32,000 bases of DNA from Candidatus Helarchaeota ASGARD archaeon Hel_GB_B (GCA_005191425.1 SUPR01000008.1:1-32000); one strand, 5' to 3'; positions 1 to 10,901 are shown, numbered from the stretch's first letter. Made by a program: numbers and translations. The notes: a model not told the origin generated them from the sequence alone.

Positions 1-946
1 CAATATAATAGTCTTTAATTAAATTTTTTATAATCTCTAGCCTTGTATTATGCCCGAGTTTTGGCCCCAAGCCTCTTGGACATGGATGTTTAAATAGGTA
101 CCGCTCTGTAAGTGCATCAATTGGGTCTTTGTTTTCGTCTACATTCATGGCGAAATATTTTAGTCCGAAACAGTTATAATCTGATACTACAATTGAATTC
201 TGGTCTTCAATTAATTTAATATATTCGGGGTCGTCTATTTCACTACCAATAATCATAATTCTTGGTAAATTTTCAATCCCTTTTTTATCATCTAGTTTTT
301 CTAAGAATGATTCTAGCTTTTTATTAAACTCCTCTTTTGGATAGACCATAGCAGCTCCTAAAATTGAAACAACTTCATGCCCCCAGATTTTAGGTGCCTC
401 AAGTTTTCTAAAATCATATAATTTTCTTAATAGATCTCTGGTCCTATTATATGTTCTTATTACTGATCTTAATTTATCGTCTGTTATGTCGACTCCAAAA
501 TGCGCTTCAAGACTTTTTTTAAATTTAATAATCTCTTCTTTAAACCATTTAATTGCTGTCTGGTCCCCAAGGTGAGGTATACTCATAAATTGAACAAATG
601 GTGGACTTTTTTTAAACCTCCAATTGTCGCTCATTCGTCTCATATGGTCACAACTATTGCAAAATACTACTCCTTCTAAAAAATCATAGTCATTATGAAA
701 AACTTTATCTAAAACATTCCTTGAAAAACTACAATTTAAATTAGTCATATATCCATCGGCTAAAGTAGTATCATTATGTCCATATGGAATAATTCTTATT
801 GGTAGAACTCCTGCTGCATAAATAATTTCTTCTGGTATTAAAGTACAGATATATCCCACAACTTTTTTTCCTTTTTCAATATTTGTATTAATAAATTCAT
901 TTGGTACATTTTTATATGAACTAGTAAATTCTTCAATTAAGCTCAT
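1..946 (-). CDS. 2-hydroxyacyl-CoA dehydratase / benzoyl-CoA reductase-family subunit (HgdB/BcrC-like), partial: runs off the left edge
   Basis: Not in the ORF track because it has no stop in the window. Manual translation from ATG at 946 gives MSLIEEFTSSYKNVPNEF..KKVVGYICTLIPEEIIYAAGVLPIRI..NLNCSFSRN..FCNSCDHMRR..PRIMIIGSEID..HPCPRG..IIKNLIKDYYI, open to position 2. The GY.C..PEE..AAG..P, CxxxR, NSCD and CP motifs are typical of this family. Confidence 0.85.
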   Translation of the reverse strand, partial: MSLIEEFTSSYKNVPNEFINTNIEKGKKVVGYICTLIPEEIIYAAGVLPIRIIPYGHNDTTLADGYMTNLNCSFSRNVLDKVFHNDYDFLEGVVFCNSCDHMRRMSDNWRFKKSPPFVQFMSIPHLGDQTAIKWFKEEIIKFKKSLEAHFGVDITDDKLRSVIRTYNRTRDLLRKLYDFRKLEAPKIWGHEVVSILGAAMVYPKEEFNKKLESFLEKLDDKKGIENLPRIMIIGSEIDDPEYIKLIEDQNSIVVSDYNCFGLKYFAMNVDENKDPIDALTERYLFKHPCPRGLGPKLGHNTRLEIIKNLIKDYYI

Positions 947-1884
947 AAAGACACATCGTTCGTTTAAATTATTTGAATAATTTTAAAGAAATCTAAAAAA
1001 TATTTTTGTTTTAATTCCATTTATTTTAATTATTTACATTGTTATATTTTTCTTATTTATATTTATTTGGGTTTAAAATCTTGGATTTTCAATTTTAACA
1101 AAACTGCACCAAAATCGAATTAAAAAAGTACTTTTTTTTAATTGTGAAAATATTGTTAAGTATATTGGATAATTTAAATTTAAAATTGATTATTTAATCT
1201 AAGATATATTGATATATTTGTCTATTAAATATCATAAATTTCTCTAAAATAAATTTGATTTCAAATAATTTTCAATTTATATATCCAAAATGGTTTATTC
1301 CTTAACTTAATTCATATAAATTATTAGAACATACTCTTTTTCTCATTCAAATTTATTTGGAAAGATACATTATTTAACTATTTGAAATACCGATTTTTTT
1401 GAATAATGGACTGAAGATCCCTGAATAAATTAGATAGAAAAACCAAAATTAATCTTAAATTTAATTTCACGATATGACCTATTAAATATATTATTGAAGA
1501 TGACATATCGTAATTTTTGAGATTCTTATTTTTTTTAAAATTTACTATTCCTAATATACAATTATCTAATTAATAGAAAATTCAATAAAATACTTTAAAT
1601 TATGAATATACTCTTAAATATATAAACATTCTACATTTTTCTACTTTAATATTTAATTTTATTATCTATTAGATACGAATATATATGTTTAAGGTTCTGA
1701 TATGTAAAAAAGTATTCATTTTTTACAAGTGATATTATTAGTTAAATAAAACATTTTTTTTTATTTTTCAATAAATTCATTTCCAACTTCTAATCATCTA
1801 ACTATATTTTTTATAATTAAATTGCATTATATCTTCGACTATAAATCGATAGCTTTATATATAATCAATTTTTAAATTATTTAT

Positions 1885-1903
1885 TGACAAACTAAGTTTG
1901 TCA
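1885..1903. promoter_or_regulatory. Perfect inverted repeat TGACAAACT-A-AGTTTGTCA upstream of the histone gene; putative transcription-factor operator
   Basis: 9-bp arms with a 1-nt spacer, read directly. It lies between TATA-like TTTATATA (1854-1861) and TATATAAA (1909-1916) and ends 34 nt before the histone ATG. Confidence 0.55.
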
Positions 1904-1937
1904 TATAATATATAAAAAAATTGAGGTTTGATGAAAT

Positions 1938-2156
1938 ATGGCTAAAGCTCCGAAAGTAATAACTAAAACAGCTCTTCGAAGACTTATGAAAGAAGAAGGT
2001 GGAGCCAATATCGTAGCTGCCGATGCTGTTTTAGCCCTAATGGACTATTTACAGGATCTTGCAACTGATATTACTAAGAAATCCCTTGAATTGGCTAAAC
2101 ATGCAAAAAGAAAGACTATTTCAAAAGAAGATATTAAACTTGCTATTAAAGCATAA
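1938..2156 (+). CDS. Archaeal histone (HMf-like histone fold)
   Basis: 72 aa with ALRRLMK, GA.IVA.DAV and AKHAKRKTISKEDIKLA (conserved H, R-K-T and D of the fold). SD-like GAGGT at 1923-1927. Confidence 0.93.
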   Translation: MAKAPKVITKTALRRLMKEEGGANIVAADAVLALMDYLQDLATDITKKSLELAKHAKRKTISKEDIKLAIKA

Positions 2157-2215
2157 TTTTAAAAATTAATTTTTTTAAATAATTTTTTTTTTATTTTTCT
2201 TCAATAAAAGTCTAT
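2157..2215. terminator. Likely T-rich archaeal terminator region between convergent genes
   Basis: Long oligo-T tracts directly after the histone stop, in the gap before the convergent glycosidase stop. Confidence 0.4.
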
Positions 2216-4486
2216 TTATTTATATTTCCTTTGAGAGTATTTTTGTCTGTATTTTTTTATGTATTCATCAACAAAAAGCTTATAATTCATCTGAATTTTT
2301 TGGTCGAGTTCCCATTTTACCTCTAATACAAACTCAGATTTTGATGTAAATTCTATTTTGTTATTTTTTATTGGTATTGACTCTGAATTTAACGAAGCTT
2401 TTTGATTTTTAGTAAAAAATGGTAAATGAATAATTATTTTGTCAGGTGAATTCCGAAAAGATGACTTAAAATTTAAAGTTATCATTGAAGAACTCGATTT
2501 AATAGTATAATCTATGATCCCAAAATAAGTATTTGCTTTTTCAATTTTAATTTCCGTTTTAGGTCTAACCCATTCTGGAGATAAAACTGAAATTAAATGT
2601 AAATTATTGTCTTCTTCCCTAATTAACATATTTCTTAAAAGTGTATTATATGCTACCCCAAACCATCCATGAGGTGGGAAATTATAAAATTTCAATATAT
2701 AATTCATTTCATAATCTCGGTCTCCCCATGGATATATTCCCATTTCAAACCCTTCATTACAACTCCCAGTATGTAATAGCATTGAGTAAAAGCAATTTAG
2801 GACTTTTTCTTGGTCTTCTAATATCATAAATGATTGAGCAATCCGTTCCGTAAGATAATGATGTAAATATCCCATCCATGTTGCAAGACCTTCAGCCATC
2901 TTATTGTTATAATAATTGTTTAGAGTATTCACAACGAATTTAGATGATGGTCTAAACAATTTTTGAGGATATATTAATAGTAAATTACCCCAATCGACAC
3001 CACCTTTAACATTAAGACTTGGTGGTACTATGAAATCTCTGTTAGATACTTTAATTAATTGTCTAAGGAATGATTTGAAGAACTTATCATATAATTCATG
3101 ATATTCTTTATATAAATCCAATCTATTTAATTTTTTTGTTAAATAAATAGCTGAATTTAGTCCCATAAGTGCCCATAAATTATGTCCTGTATATCGACCG
3201 ATAATTGATTCATTATCAAATGCACTTGTTGAGGGTAATATTCCTAATTTATCTTTATTAATAGTATTCTTGAACCAATTTATTGCACGTTCAATAACAG
3301 GTAATAACTTTTCTGCTAATTGAACATCATCAGTGAATTTAATATGTTCAGCAAAAGACCATAAGCTTTGACCAAATCCATCTAATTGACCTTTTTGGGA
3401 CATAAAATTCCCGTCTTTTACTTGGTATTTTAATATATTAAAAATTATTCCTTTGGCAATTTCTGGATACCCGAACATATTATACATTCTTATATAAAAA
3501 CTTGAATCTCTAATCCAAAAGTGGTTATATTGAAATCGATTGACCTTTTGAGAAATTTTGGAATTATCATAATCTTGAGTCATAAAATTAAAGATTAAAT
3601 TTGTCTTAGATGTATTTATTACTTTATTTTCGGGTAAAGAAATTTTGATTCCCTTAGAAAGCATCCCGTCCCAAAATTTTTCGAATTCCTTATAAATATC
3701 GTCCCATTTGATATCTTTTAATTTGTTGATAGTGTCCAAATCAGTGATATTAATAGGATAATGTGGAATTTTAATAATAATCTGGCTTTTACTCTTGGAA
3801 TTTAATCTATAATTAAATTCAGAAATAAGTACAATTTTATTTTTGTTAAAATGTGTAAAAGGGGAATGATATTGTTTATGAATATTTTTCCAATATTTAG
3901 AAGGTGTTTCAGAAGTTAAATATAATAGTTTATTTCCACGAATGGCATGATTATTCTCAAACTTATATTTCCATAATTTAAATCTAGTCTGCATCATTCC
4001 ACCATTCATTGCCAGAATTGGGCGGTGTCTTCTTCCATGAAATTTAATCCCTACTGCTATCGAACATTCCTTTATATCATTAGAATTGTTAATACACTCA
4101 ATTTTCACATAATTAATTTGTCTTGATTTTTCTTTGCTGTCTAAATAAAATTGAAATATTTCAAATCGATACTCGACACCATCATTTTTAATATTATAGC
4201 ATACTGCCGGTAAATAGCCCTTTTTTAGCGTCCAAATTCTTTTATTTAAGAGTCTTTTATTGATGAAAAATACATACTCCGCAGCTCCAGTGTACAACCT
4301 TCCTTCAGGTGTGATTTGAGTTGCAAATTTAAAATTAGGCAGACCAATTTGCATGTTCGGTCTGGCAAAAAAAGAAAAAATTTCTCCTTCATCGATTTTT
4401 GGATTGACCATTTTATTCCTAAAAGTAATTATTGGAATAGCCGACAAGATTTTAGTATATATCCAAGTTAATATTTGATGGATCAT
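2216..4486 (-). CDS. Uncharacterised six-hairpin (alpha/alpha)6 glycosidase-like protein
   Basis: 756-aa ORF with a QYNHFWIRDSSF (W.RD) motif, GQLDGFGQ.LW, and a C-terminal LHL...PEW beta domain, as in GH15/65/78-like barrels. Alternative start ATG 4411 (MVNPK) has AGGA upstream. Confidence 0.65.
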   Translation of the reverse strand: MIHQILTWIYTKILSAIPIITFRNKMVNPKIDEGEIFSFFARPNMQIGLPNFKFATQITPEGRLYTGAAEYVFFINKRLLNKRIWTLKKGYLPAVCYNIKNDGVEYRFEIFQFYLDSKEKSRQINYVKIECINNSNDIKECSIAVGIKFHGRRHRPILAMNGGMMQTRFKLWKYKFENNHAIRGNKLLYLTSETPSKYWKNIHKQYHSPFTHFNKNKIVLISEFNYRLNSKSKSQIIIKIPHYPINITDLDTINKLKDIKWDDIYKEFEKFWDGMLSKGIKISLPENKVINTSKTNLIFNFMTQDYDNSKISQKVNRFQYNHFWIRDSSFYIRMYNMFGYPEIAKGIIFNILKYQVKDGNFMSQKGQLDGFGQSLWSFAEHIKFTDDVQLAEKLLPVIERAINWFKNTINKDKLGILPSTSAFDNESIIGRYTGHNLWALMGLNSAIYLTKKLNRLDLYKEYHELYDKFFKSFLRQLIKVSNRDFIVPPSLNVKGGVDWGNLLLIYPQKLFRPSSKFVVNTLNNYYNNKMAEGLATWMGYLHHYLTERIAQSFMILEDQEKVLNCFYSMLLHTGSCNEGFEMGIYPWGDRDYEMNYILKFYNFPPHGWFGVAYNTLLRNMLIREEDNNLHLISVLSPEWVRPKTEIKIEKANTYFGIIDYTIKSSSSMITLNFKSSFRNSPDKIIIHLPFFTKNQKASLNSESIPIKNNKIEFTSKSEFVLEVKWELDQKIQMNYKLFVDEYIKKYRQKYSQRKYK

Positions 4487-4609
4487 TTTTCTCGGTCAGA
4501 AGTTAAATGAATTAAAATTGAATAGATGTTAAAATATTAAAAATTTTATTTAATTAAATATCTCTTTATTACCTTATTTATTTCATTTAAAAAACATTTA
4601 GGGTTTAAG

Positions 4610-5554
4610 ATGAAAAATTTTGATACTATTTTAAAAATATATTCAGATTTAAAAAACGAAAATGTTAAAGGAGCAAATGAAATTTTATCTATGGCATTAA
4701 CAAGGCTAGCTGGTGCAATTAATAAATATTCTGATGTAAATATTATTGAATTTATAATCGCAAGTTGTAAAAAAATATTTGAAGCACAGCCTTCTATGTC
4801 TCTTTTAGCAAATAGTATGGCATTAATTATTTCAGAGGCTGAAAATCTGTCAAAATTAAAAGAAGATGTTTCACAAATAAAATCGAAAATTATTTTGAAA
4901 ATCGAAGCAATAAAAAGAAGGGAAAAAATAGCAATTCAGAAAATTTGTCAAAATTCTAATGAAATTTTTTATAATAAAAAAAACATATTGACCTATTCCT
5001 TTAGTTCTACAATTTTTAAAGTAATAGATTATCAAAAACAGTTAAATAAAAATTTAAATATTTATATTACGGAATCAAGACCAATAAATGAAGGGATTTT
5101 AGGTGCAAAAGAATTTTCAAAATTATATCCAACTAAATTATTTATTGATGCCGCTATCGGATATATTATAAATGAATATGACATTGATTTAATATTAATA
5201 GGTGCGGATTCCTTTACAAAAAATATGGTCATAAATAAAATTGGGACATTACCATTAGCAATAGTTGCTCATGAATTAGAAATTCCAATCTATGTTTTAT
5301 GTACTTCTTTAAAATATTATTTTGGAGAAGAATTTGGATATACTCTCAAAATTGAGGAAAAACCATATTTTGAAGTTTCAGATATTCAAAAAAACAATTT
5401 GGAAATCAAAAATTTTTATTTTGACAAGACTCCAATTAAATATATAACCGGAATAATTACTGAAACTGGAAAATATGATTTAAAAAATGATAAACTTAGT
5501 TTTTTAAAAGAATTTCCCATAAAAACAATCAAATTACTATATAAAATGATTTAA
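4610..5554 (+). CDS. eIF2B alpha/beta/delta family protein (IF-2B fold; R15P isomerase/MtnA superfamily)
   Basis: Motifs QPSM..L.N, ILTYSFSSTI, ITESRP..EG, GAD, NKIGT..LA..A..L.IP.YV and FD.TP...ITGIITETG. Confidence 0.85.
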   Translation: MKNFDTILKIYSDLKNENVKGANEILSMALTRLAGAINKYSDVNIIEFIIASCKKIFEAQPSMSLLANSMALIISEAENLSKLKEDVSQIKSKIILKIEAIKRREKIAIQKICQNSNEIFYNKKNILTYSFSSTIFKVIDYQKQLNKNLNIYITESRPINEGILGAKEFSKLYPTKLFIDAAIGYIINEYDIDLILIGADSFTKNMVINKIGTLPLAIVAHELEIPIYVLCTSLKYYFGEEFGYTLKIEEKPYFEVSDIQKNNLEIKNFYFDKTPIKYITGIITETGKYDLKNDKLSFLKEFPIKTIKLLYKMI

Positions 5555-5638
5555 ACAAAAAAGAATAAATTATACAAATGATAAATATTGTATTATACAG
5601 AAAATTAAATGTATTTCAATTAGGAATTGTGAAAAAAA

Positions 5639-6988
5639 TTGAAAGAAATAAAAAATAATGATGCAAGAGTCAAAAAAGCATTAGAATATGGGAAAAAATC
5701 AATAAAACTTCATAAATTTTATGGCGGTAAAATTCAAGTTATGCCAAAATGCGCTATAAACGAGTTACAAGATTTCTCGTTATGGTATACTCCAGGAGTC
5801 GCTGATGTCTGTAAAAAAATTGTGGAGCAAAAAGATTTAGTATTTCAGCTTACTAATAAATGGAATGCAGTCGCAGTAGTCACTGATGGAACTCGAGTAT
5901 TAGGACTGGGTAATATTGGGCCAGAAGCTGCAATGCCAGTAATGGAGGGCAAAGCTCTATTATTTAAATATCTTGGTGGAGTAGATGCTTATCCCATTTG
6001 CTTAAATACAGCTGATAAAGAAGAATTTATTAAGACAGTAAAAATTTTAGAACCATCATTTGGCGGAATTAATCTTGAAGACATTGAAAAACCAAAATGT
6101 TTTGAAATATTAGAACGCACGAGGAATGAATTACAAATACCTGTATGGCATGACGACGAGCAAGGTACTGCTGCTATTACTTTAGCTGGGTTATTAAATG
6201 CTATAAAAGTTGTAGGTAAAAAAAAGAAGGATGTATCTATTGTTTTTTTTGGAGTTGGAGCCGCAAATGTGGCAATTTCTAGAATTTTATTTAAAGCCGG
6301 TTTTGACCCCAAAAAAAGTATATTTGTCGATAGTAAGGGTATTTTATCTAAATCTAGAAAAGACCTTGAAAAATCCAAATCATATAAATGGAAAATTGCA
6401 TTACAATCAAATTATGAAGATCGAGAGGGCGGGCCTGAAAATGCATTTGAAGGGATGGACATTGCAATTTGTGTTTCAGCATCGGGTCCTGATGTTGTAA
6501 AAAAGAAATGGGTTGAATCAATGGCTTCAGATTCAATTATATTTGCATGTGCAAATCCTATTCCTGAAATATGGCCTTGGGAAGCCAAGGAAGCCGGTGC
6601 AAAAATTGTAGCTACTGGGCGTTCTGATTTTCCCAATCAAGTAAACAATAGTCTCGGATTCCCTGGAATATTTAGAGGGGCACTTGATGTTCGGGCCAAG
6701 ACAATAACTGATGAAATGTGTATAACAGCAGCTGAAAGCTTGGCATTTACAGCGGAAGAGAAGGGAATAAATGAGAATTATATAATTCCAAAGATGGACA
6801 ACATTAATGCATTTATCAATGAAGCTGTAAACGTTGGTCTGAAAGCCATGACTCAAAATATTGCTAGAATAAAATTGGACAAAGATGAACTTCTTCAAAT
6901 TGTTTCTGATAATATTATAAAAGCAAGAAATTCAACAAAAGAATTAATGAAGAGTGGGCTTATTTCAGAAAAAAATCTCTTGAATTAA
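5639..6988 (+). CDS. NAD(P)-dependent malic enzyme
   Basis: [60 protein letters not shown] and [29 protein letters not shown] start. Confidence 0.95.
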   Translation: MKEIKNNDARVKKALEYGKKSIKLHKFYGGKIQVMPKCAINELQDFSLWYTPGVADVCKKIVEQKDLVFQLTNKWNAVAVVTDGTRVLGLGNIGPEAAMPVMEGKALLFKYLGGVDAYPICLNTADKEEFIKTVKILEPSFGGINLEDIEKPKCFEILERTRNELQIPVWHDDEQGTAAITLAGLLNAIKVVGKKKKDVSIVFFGVGAANVAISRILFKAGFDPKKSIFVDSKGILSKSRKDLEKSKSYKWKIALQSNYEDREGGPENAFEGMDIAICVSASGPDVVKKKWVESMASDSIIFACANPIPEIWPWEAKEAGAKIVATGRSDFPNQVNNSLGFPGIFRGALDVRAKTITDEMCITAAESLAFTAEEKGINENYIIPKMDNINAFINEAVNVGLKAMTQNIARIKLDKDELLQIVSDNIIKARNSTKELMKSGLISEKNLLN

Positions 6989-7140
6989 AATTTGTTTCTT
7001 ATAAATCTTAAATAAATACTTTATGTCTAATGGTCTATTATAAAAATATTTTAGAAATTTCTTGTATTTTGTTTATATAATTTGATTAAAGAAATCAGTA
7101 TATTTATAAATTTAATCATTAATAATTTTTATTTACTAAA

Positions 7141-7174
7141 TAATAATTATTCTTGGATAATAATTATTCTTGGA
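7141..7174. repeat. Perfect 17-bp tandem duplication TAATAATTATTCTTGGA x2 just upstream of the acyl-CoA ligase RBS
   Basis: 7141-7157 is identical to 7158-7174. Each copy contains the palindrome AATAATTATT, and the second copy supplies GGA of the GGAG SD. Confidence 0.9.
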
Positions 7175-7186
7175 GTTGCGATAAAA

Positions 7187-8926
7187 ATGATAAATGAAGA
7201 TACTGAATGTTTATATGACATCAATGATATTCCAATTTTTGAAAAAGACAAAAGTAAATATATTGAACCGGACCGACCTTGGTTGAAATTAGTGCCTTCA
7301 ACGCTACCAAGTTCTTTAAATATACCTAAAGTTGGAAATTTATATTGTATTTTAGTAAGAGCAGCGACCGATTTTCCCTATAATCTGGCGATTTATGATT
7401 GGGATAGAAACGAAAAATACACTTATATTGAGCTAAAAGATATGGTCGATAGATTAGCAACAGCATTCCACGAAATAGGGATAAGGAAAGGCGATGGAAT
7501 AGCATTATATACAGCAAATGTCCCTGAATTCTATATAATATTATTTGCTACTTTAAAAATCGGAGCAATTCTAATACCAATAAACCCATTATTAAAATAT
7601 CGTGAAATAAAACATATAGTAACTGATTCTGGTATTATTAAATTAATGATTTGCCATGAAAAATTATGGCGTCAAGTAAAAAAAGTCCATAATGAAATTC
7701 CATTTGAAAAAATTGCAATAATTGATAAGACAAAAGACATCGAAAATTCATACAGTATTGATGAACTAATTGAAAAATATCCACCAAATCCTCCTCATGT
7801 GGACATAGATATTGAGGAAGATTTAGCATTTTTAATGTATACTGGTGGTACTACCGGACTTCCGAAGGGAGTTATGCTCACTCATAGAAATATGTTAGCA
7901 AATGTTTTACAAACTGCATTAAGGATACTTCCATTTGAAGAAGGCTTAGAATTAAGAGGAAAGTGGGCTAATCTAGCTGTGCTCCCATTATGTCATATTT
8001 ATGGTTTGCTTTTAGCTTGCAATACTATTGCTAATGGATATTTAAATATCACTATCTTATTTGATGTAGAAAAAGTAATGAAAGCAATTGAAAAGTTTAA
8101 GATACAAATTTTTTCAGGGATTCCCACTATGTTTACTTTTATAGCAAATCATCCAGATTTTAACAAGTATGATTTATCGTCATTAAAATTAGTTACTTCT
8201 GCAGCTGCAGCTTTGGCACCATCTATCGCTAAAAAATGGAAAGATGTACAAGGAGTTATTCCAGTTCAAGGTTATGGGCTGACTGAATGCTGCCCAGCAA
8301 CTCATCTACAACCAATATTCTGGATAAACCCCATAGCTGAATCAATAGGTATTCCACTCGCTGATACTGATGCAAAAATAGTAGATCCAGATACATTAAA
8401 AGAATTACCACCAAATGAAGTCGGGGAATTGTTGATCTGTGGCCCCCAAGTCATGAAAGGCTATTGGAAGAAACCAGACCGAACTGCCGCTGTTCTTATT
8501 AAAGATGAAAAGGATAAAACATGGCTCAGAACTGGCGACCTTGCTAAAATGGACGAAAATGGGTTTTTCTATATAAGTGGTAGGACCAAAGAAATGATTA
8601 AATATAAAGGCTATAGAATCCTTCCTTTTGAAATCGAGAAAACTTTATATGAGCACCCAGCTATCTTAGAATGTGCTGTTATCGGTATACCCGATGATGA
8701 AGTCGGCGAAAAAATAAAAGCTTTTTGCTCAATAAAACCTGAATATAAAGGAAAAATTACCGAACAAGATATAATCGAATGGGCTAAAGAAGAAATGGCC
8801 GGTTATAAATGGCCACGTATAGTTGAATTTGTTTCGTCAATACCAAAGACAGCAGTTGGTAAAGTTTTCAGAAGGACTTTATTGGAAAAAGAACTTGCAA
8901 AATTAAAGAAAGAAACGAATCAATAA
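7187..8926 (+). CDS. Long-chain fatty-acid--CoA ligase (AMP-binding enzyme)
   Basis: YTGGTTGLPKGVMLTH, QGYGLTE, GPQVMKGYW, RTGDL and TAVGK motifs. I moved the start from 7082 to ATG 7187, which follows GGAG; the extra 35 codons are AT-rich and non-homologous. Confidence 0.93.
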   Translation: MINEDTECLYDINDIPIFEKDKSKYIEPDRPWLKLVPSTLPSSLNIPKVGNLYCILVRAATDFPYNLAIYDWDRNEKYTYIELKDMVDRLATAFHEIGIRKGDGIALYTANVPEFYIILFATLKIGAILIPINPLLKYREIKHIVTDSGIIKLMICHEKLWRQVKKVHNEIPFEKIAIIDKTKDIENSYSIDELIEKYPPNPPHVDIDIEEDLAFLMYTGGTTGLPKGVMLTHRNMLANVLQTALRILPFEEGLELRGKWANLAVLPLCHIYGLLLACNTIANGYLNITILFDVEKVMKAIEKFKIQIFSGIPTMFTFIANHPDFNKYDLSSLKLVTSAAAALAPSIAKKWKDVQGVIPVQGYGLTECCPATHLQPIFWINPIAESIGIPLADTDAKIVDPDTLKELPPNEVGELLICGPQVMKGYWKKPDRTAAVLIKDEKDKTWLRTGDLAKMDENGFFYISGRTKEMIKYKGYRILPFEIEKTLYEHPAILECAVIGIPDDEVGEKIKAFCSIKPEYKGKITEQDIIEWAKEEMAGYKWPRIVEFVSSIPKTAVGKVFRRTLLEKELAKLKKETNQ

Positions 8927-9323
8927 TTTTACATCGGAAAAACAATTTTATTTTAATTTTTTATTCACAATTTTTTATTAAATCTACCCGGAAATAATTT
9001 AATTACCAAAAATTCTTTTAAATATATTCTTTTAATTTTTTTTGATTTATTTTATAATTTTAAATAAATAGTTATGCTCTTTTTCTTATTGACTTATCAA
9101 TAAATATGGGAAATAACTCAAAAATTAATTACAAATATTTAAATCAAGTTCCATTTAATTATAAAAGTGTAAAAAATTGTCGATATATTGTTTAATGAAA
9201 AATAAAAGTTTTAATTTAATATCTGAATAACTTTTAAGGGTTCTATTAGGTAAATTTAAAACTTATAATTTATTTTTGTAAATTAAGTTGACGATACAAA
9301 AATATAGGTAATAAGCGAGTTAT

Positions 9324-10901
9324 ATGAATGATCCAAAAGTAGACATATTAGTAATTGGGTCTGGAATTGCTGGGTTATTATTTTCTTTAAAAGCATGTGA
9401 ATTTGCCGAAGTTAGCATTATTACTAAGAAAGAAAGGGCTGAATCTAATACTAATTATGCTCAAGGTGGTATTGCAGCTGTCTTAGATCCTTTAGATTCG
9501 TTTGAATCTCATATTAAAGACACATTAATTGCTGGAGATGGCTTATGCGATAGAAAAGTTGTTGAAAAAATTATCACTGATGGACCTACTCGAATTCAAG
9601 AACTTATTGACCAATACAATGTAAATTTTACCAAATCGAGCAATGGAAAGAGCTATGATCTAGGAATGGAAGGTGGGCATTCAAATAGAAGAATTTTACA
9701 TACAAAAGATTTGACTGGTCAAGAAGTTGAGGAATCTTTATTAAATGCGATCGTAAAAAATCATATCCCAATTTATGAAAACTGTATCGCTGTCGATTTA
9801 ATTCCGAGAAATGGAAAAATTATTGGGGCATATGTTTATAACAAGGAAAATAGGGAAGTAATCGTAATACAGGCAAAAATAGTTGTACTGGCAACTGGTG
9901 GAGCGGGAAAAGTTTATCTCTATACAAGTAATCCTGATATAGCTACTGGCGATGGAATTGCAATGGCATATAGAGCTGGCGCCACAATTATGAACATGGA
10001 ATTTTTCCAATTTCATCCAACATGTCTTTATCATCCATTTGCAAAATCATTTCTGATTTCTGAGGCGCTAAGAGGTGAAGGCGCCGTATTATTGGACAAA
10101 AATGGAAATAGATTTATGGAAAAATACCATAAAGACAAAGAACTTGCTCCAAGAGATATTGTGGCTAGGGCTATTGATGATGTACTTAAAAAGACCGGCG
10201 ATGATTGTGTATATCTTGATATCACTCATAGAGGTGCTGATTTTATTAAACAAAGATTCCCTGGCATATATAAGCGGTGTTTAAACTTTAATATTGATAT
10301 TACAAAAGATTGGATACCCGTAGTACCTGCCGCTCATTATTGTTGCGGTGGTGTTAAGGCAGGAATTGATGGGACAACTACTATCGGAAATTTAATTGCT
10401 ATAGGAGAAACTGCATGTACAGGACTCCATGGAGCAAACAGATTAGCTAGTAATTCATTATTGGAAGCTTTAGTTTGTGCTCATGAAGCTGCATTAAAAT
10501 GTAAAGACCTCCTTAAAGAAGGGATTGATTTTCATAAAATTAAGCCATGGGAACCAGGAAATGCTGTTGATAGTGATGAGGCAGTTGTAATAACTCAAAA
10601 TTGGGACGAAATTAGAAGATTTATGTGGAATTATGTGGGAATTGTAAGGACTAATAAAAGATTAGAACGGGCTAAAAAAAGAATTACAAACCTTCAGGAT
10701 GAAATTAATGAATATTATTGGAATTTTAAAATTACTTCTGACCTTATTGAACTAAGAAATATCGCAACTGTAGCTGAATTAACGATCAATTCAGCATTAA
10801 GTCGTAAAGAAAGTAGGGGCATTCATTATAATTTGGATTATCCGTTTAAATTACCTGAAGCTAAAAACACTGAAATTATAAAAAGGCGTAAATGGGTATA
10901 A
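9324..10901 (+). CDS. nadB: L-aspartate oxidase
   Basis: [85 protein letters not shown] and ESRGIHY. Confidence 0.95.
   Translation: MNDPKVDILVIGSGIAGLLFSLKACEFAEVSIITKKERAESNTNYAQGGIAAVLDPLDSFESHIKDTLIAGDGLCDRKVVEKIITDGPTRIQELIDQYNVNFTKSSNGKSYDLGMEGGHSNRRILHTKDLTGQEVEESLLNAIVKNHIPIYENCIAVDLIPRNGKIIGAYVYNKENREVIVIQAKIVVLATGGAGKVYLYTSNPDIATGDGIAMAYRAGATIMNMEFFQFHPTCLYHPFAKSFLISEALRGEGAVLLDKNGNRFMEKYHKDKELAPRDIVARAIDDVLKKTGDDCVYLDITHRGADFIKQRFPGIYKRCLNFNIDITKDWIPVVPAAHYCCGGVKAGIDGTTTIGNLIAIGETACTGLHGANRLASNSLLEALVCAHEAALKCKDLLKEGIDFHKIKPWEPGNAVDSDEAVVITQNWDEIRRFMWNYVGIVRTNKRLERAKKRITNLQDEINEYYWNFKITSDLIELRNIATVAELTINSALSRKESRGIHYNLDYPFKLPEAKNTEIIKRRKWV

Noticed and set aside
1938-2156. Histone L1 loop lacks the HMf-type Arg (GANIVA instead of GAERVS)
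   Set aside because: As I recall, GAxIVA-type loops are usual in Asgard histones, so this reflects lineage rather than novelty. There is no real N-terminal tail.
7082-7186. 35-aa hydrophobic N-terminal extension on the acyl-CoA ligase, resembling a membrane anchor
   Set aside because: It arises from AT-rich DNA containing the frame-shifting 17-bp duplication. A GGAG SD supports ATG 7187.
9086-9103. Inverted repeat TTATTGA-CTTA-TCAATAA upstream of nadB
   Set aside because: 7-bp AT-rich arms are expected by chance, the site is about 220 nt from the start, and it matches no NAD-regulator consensus I can vouch for.
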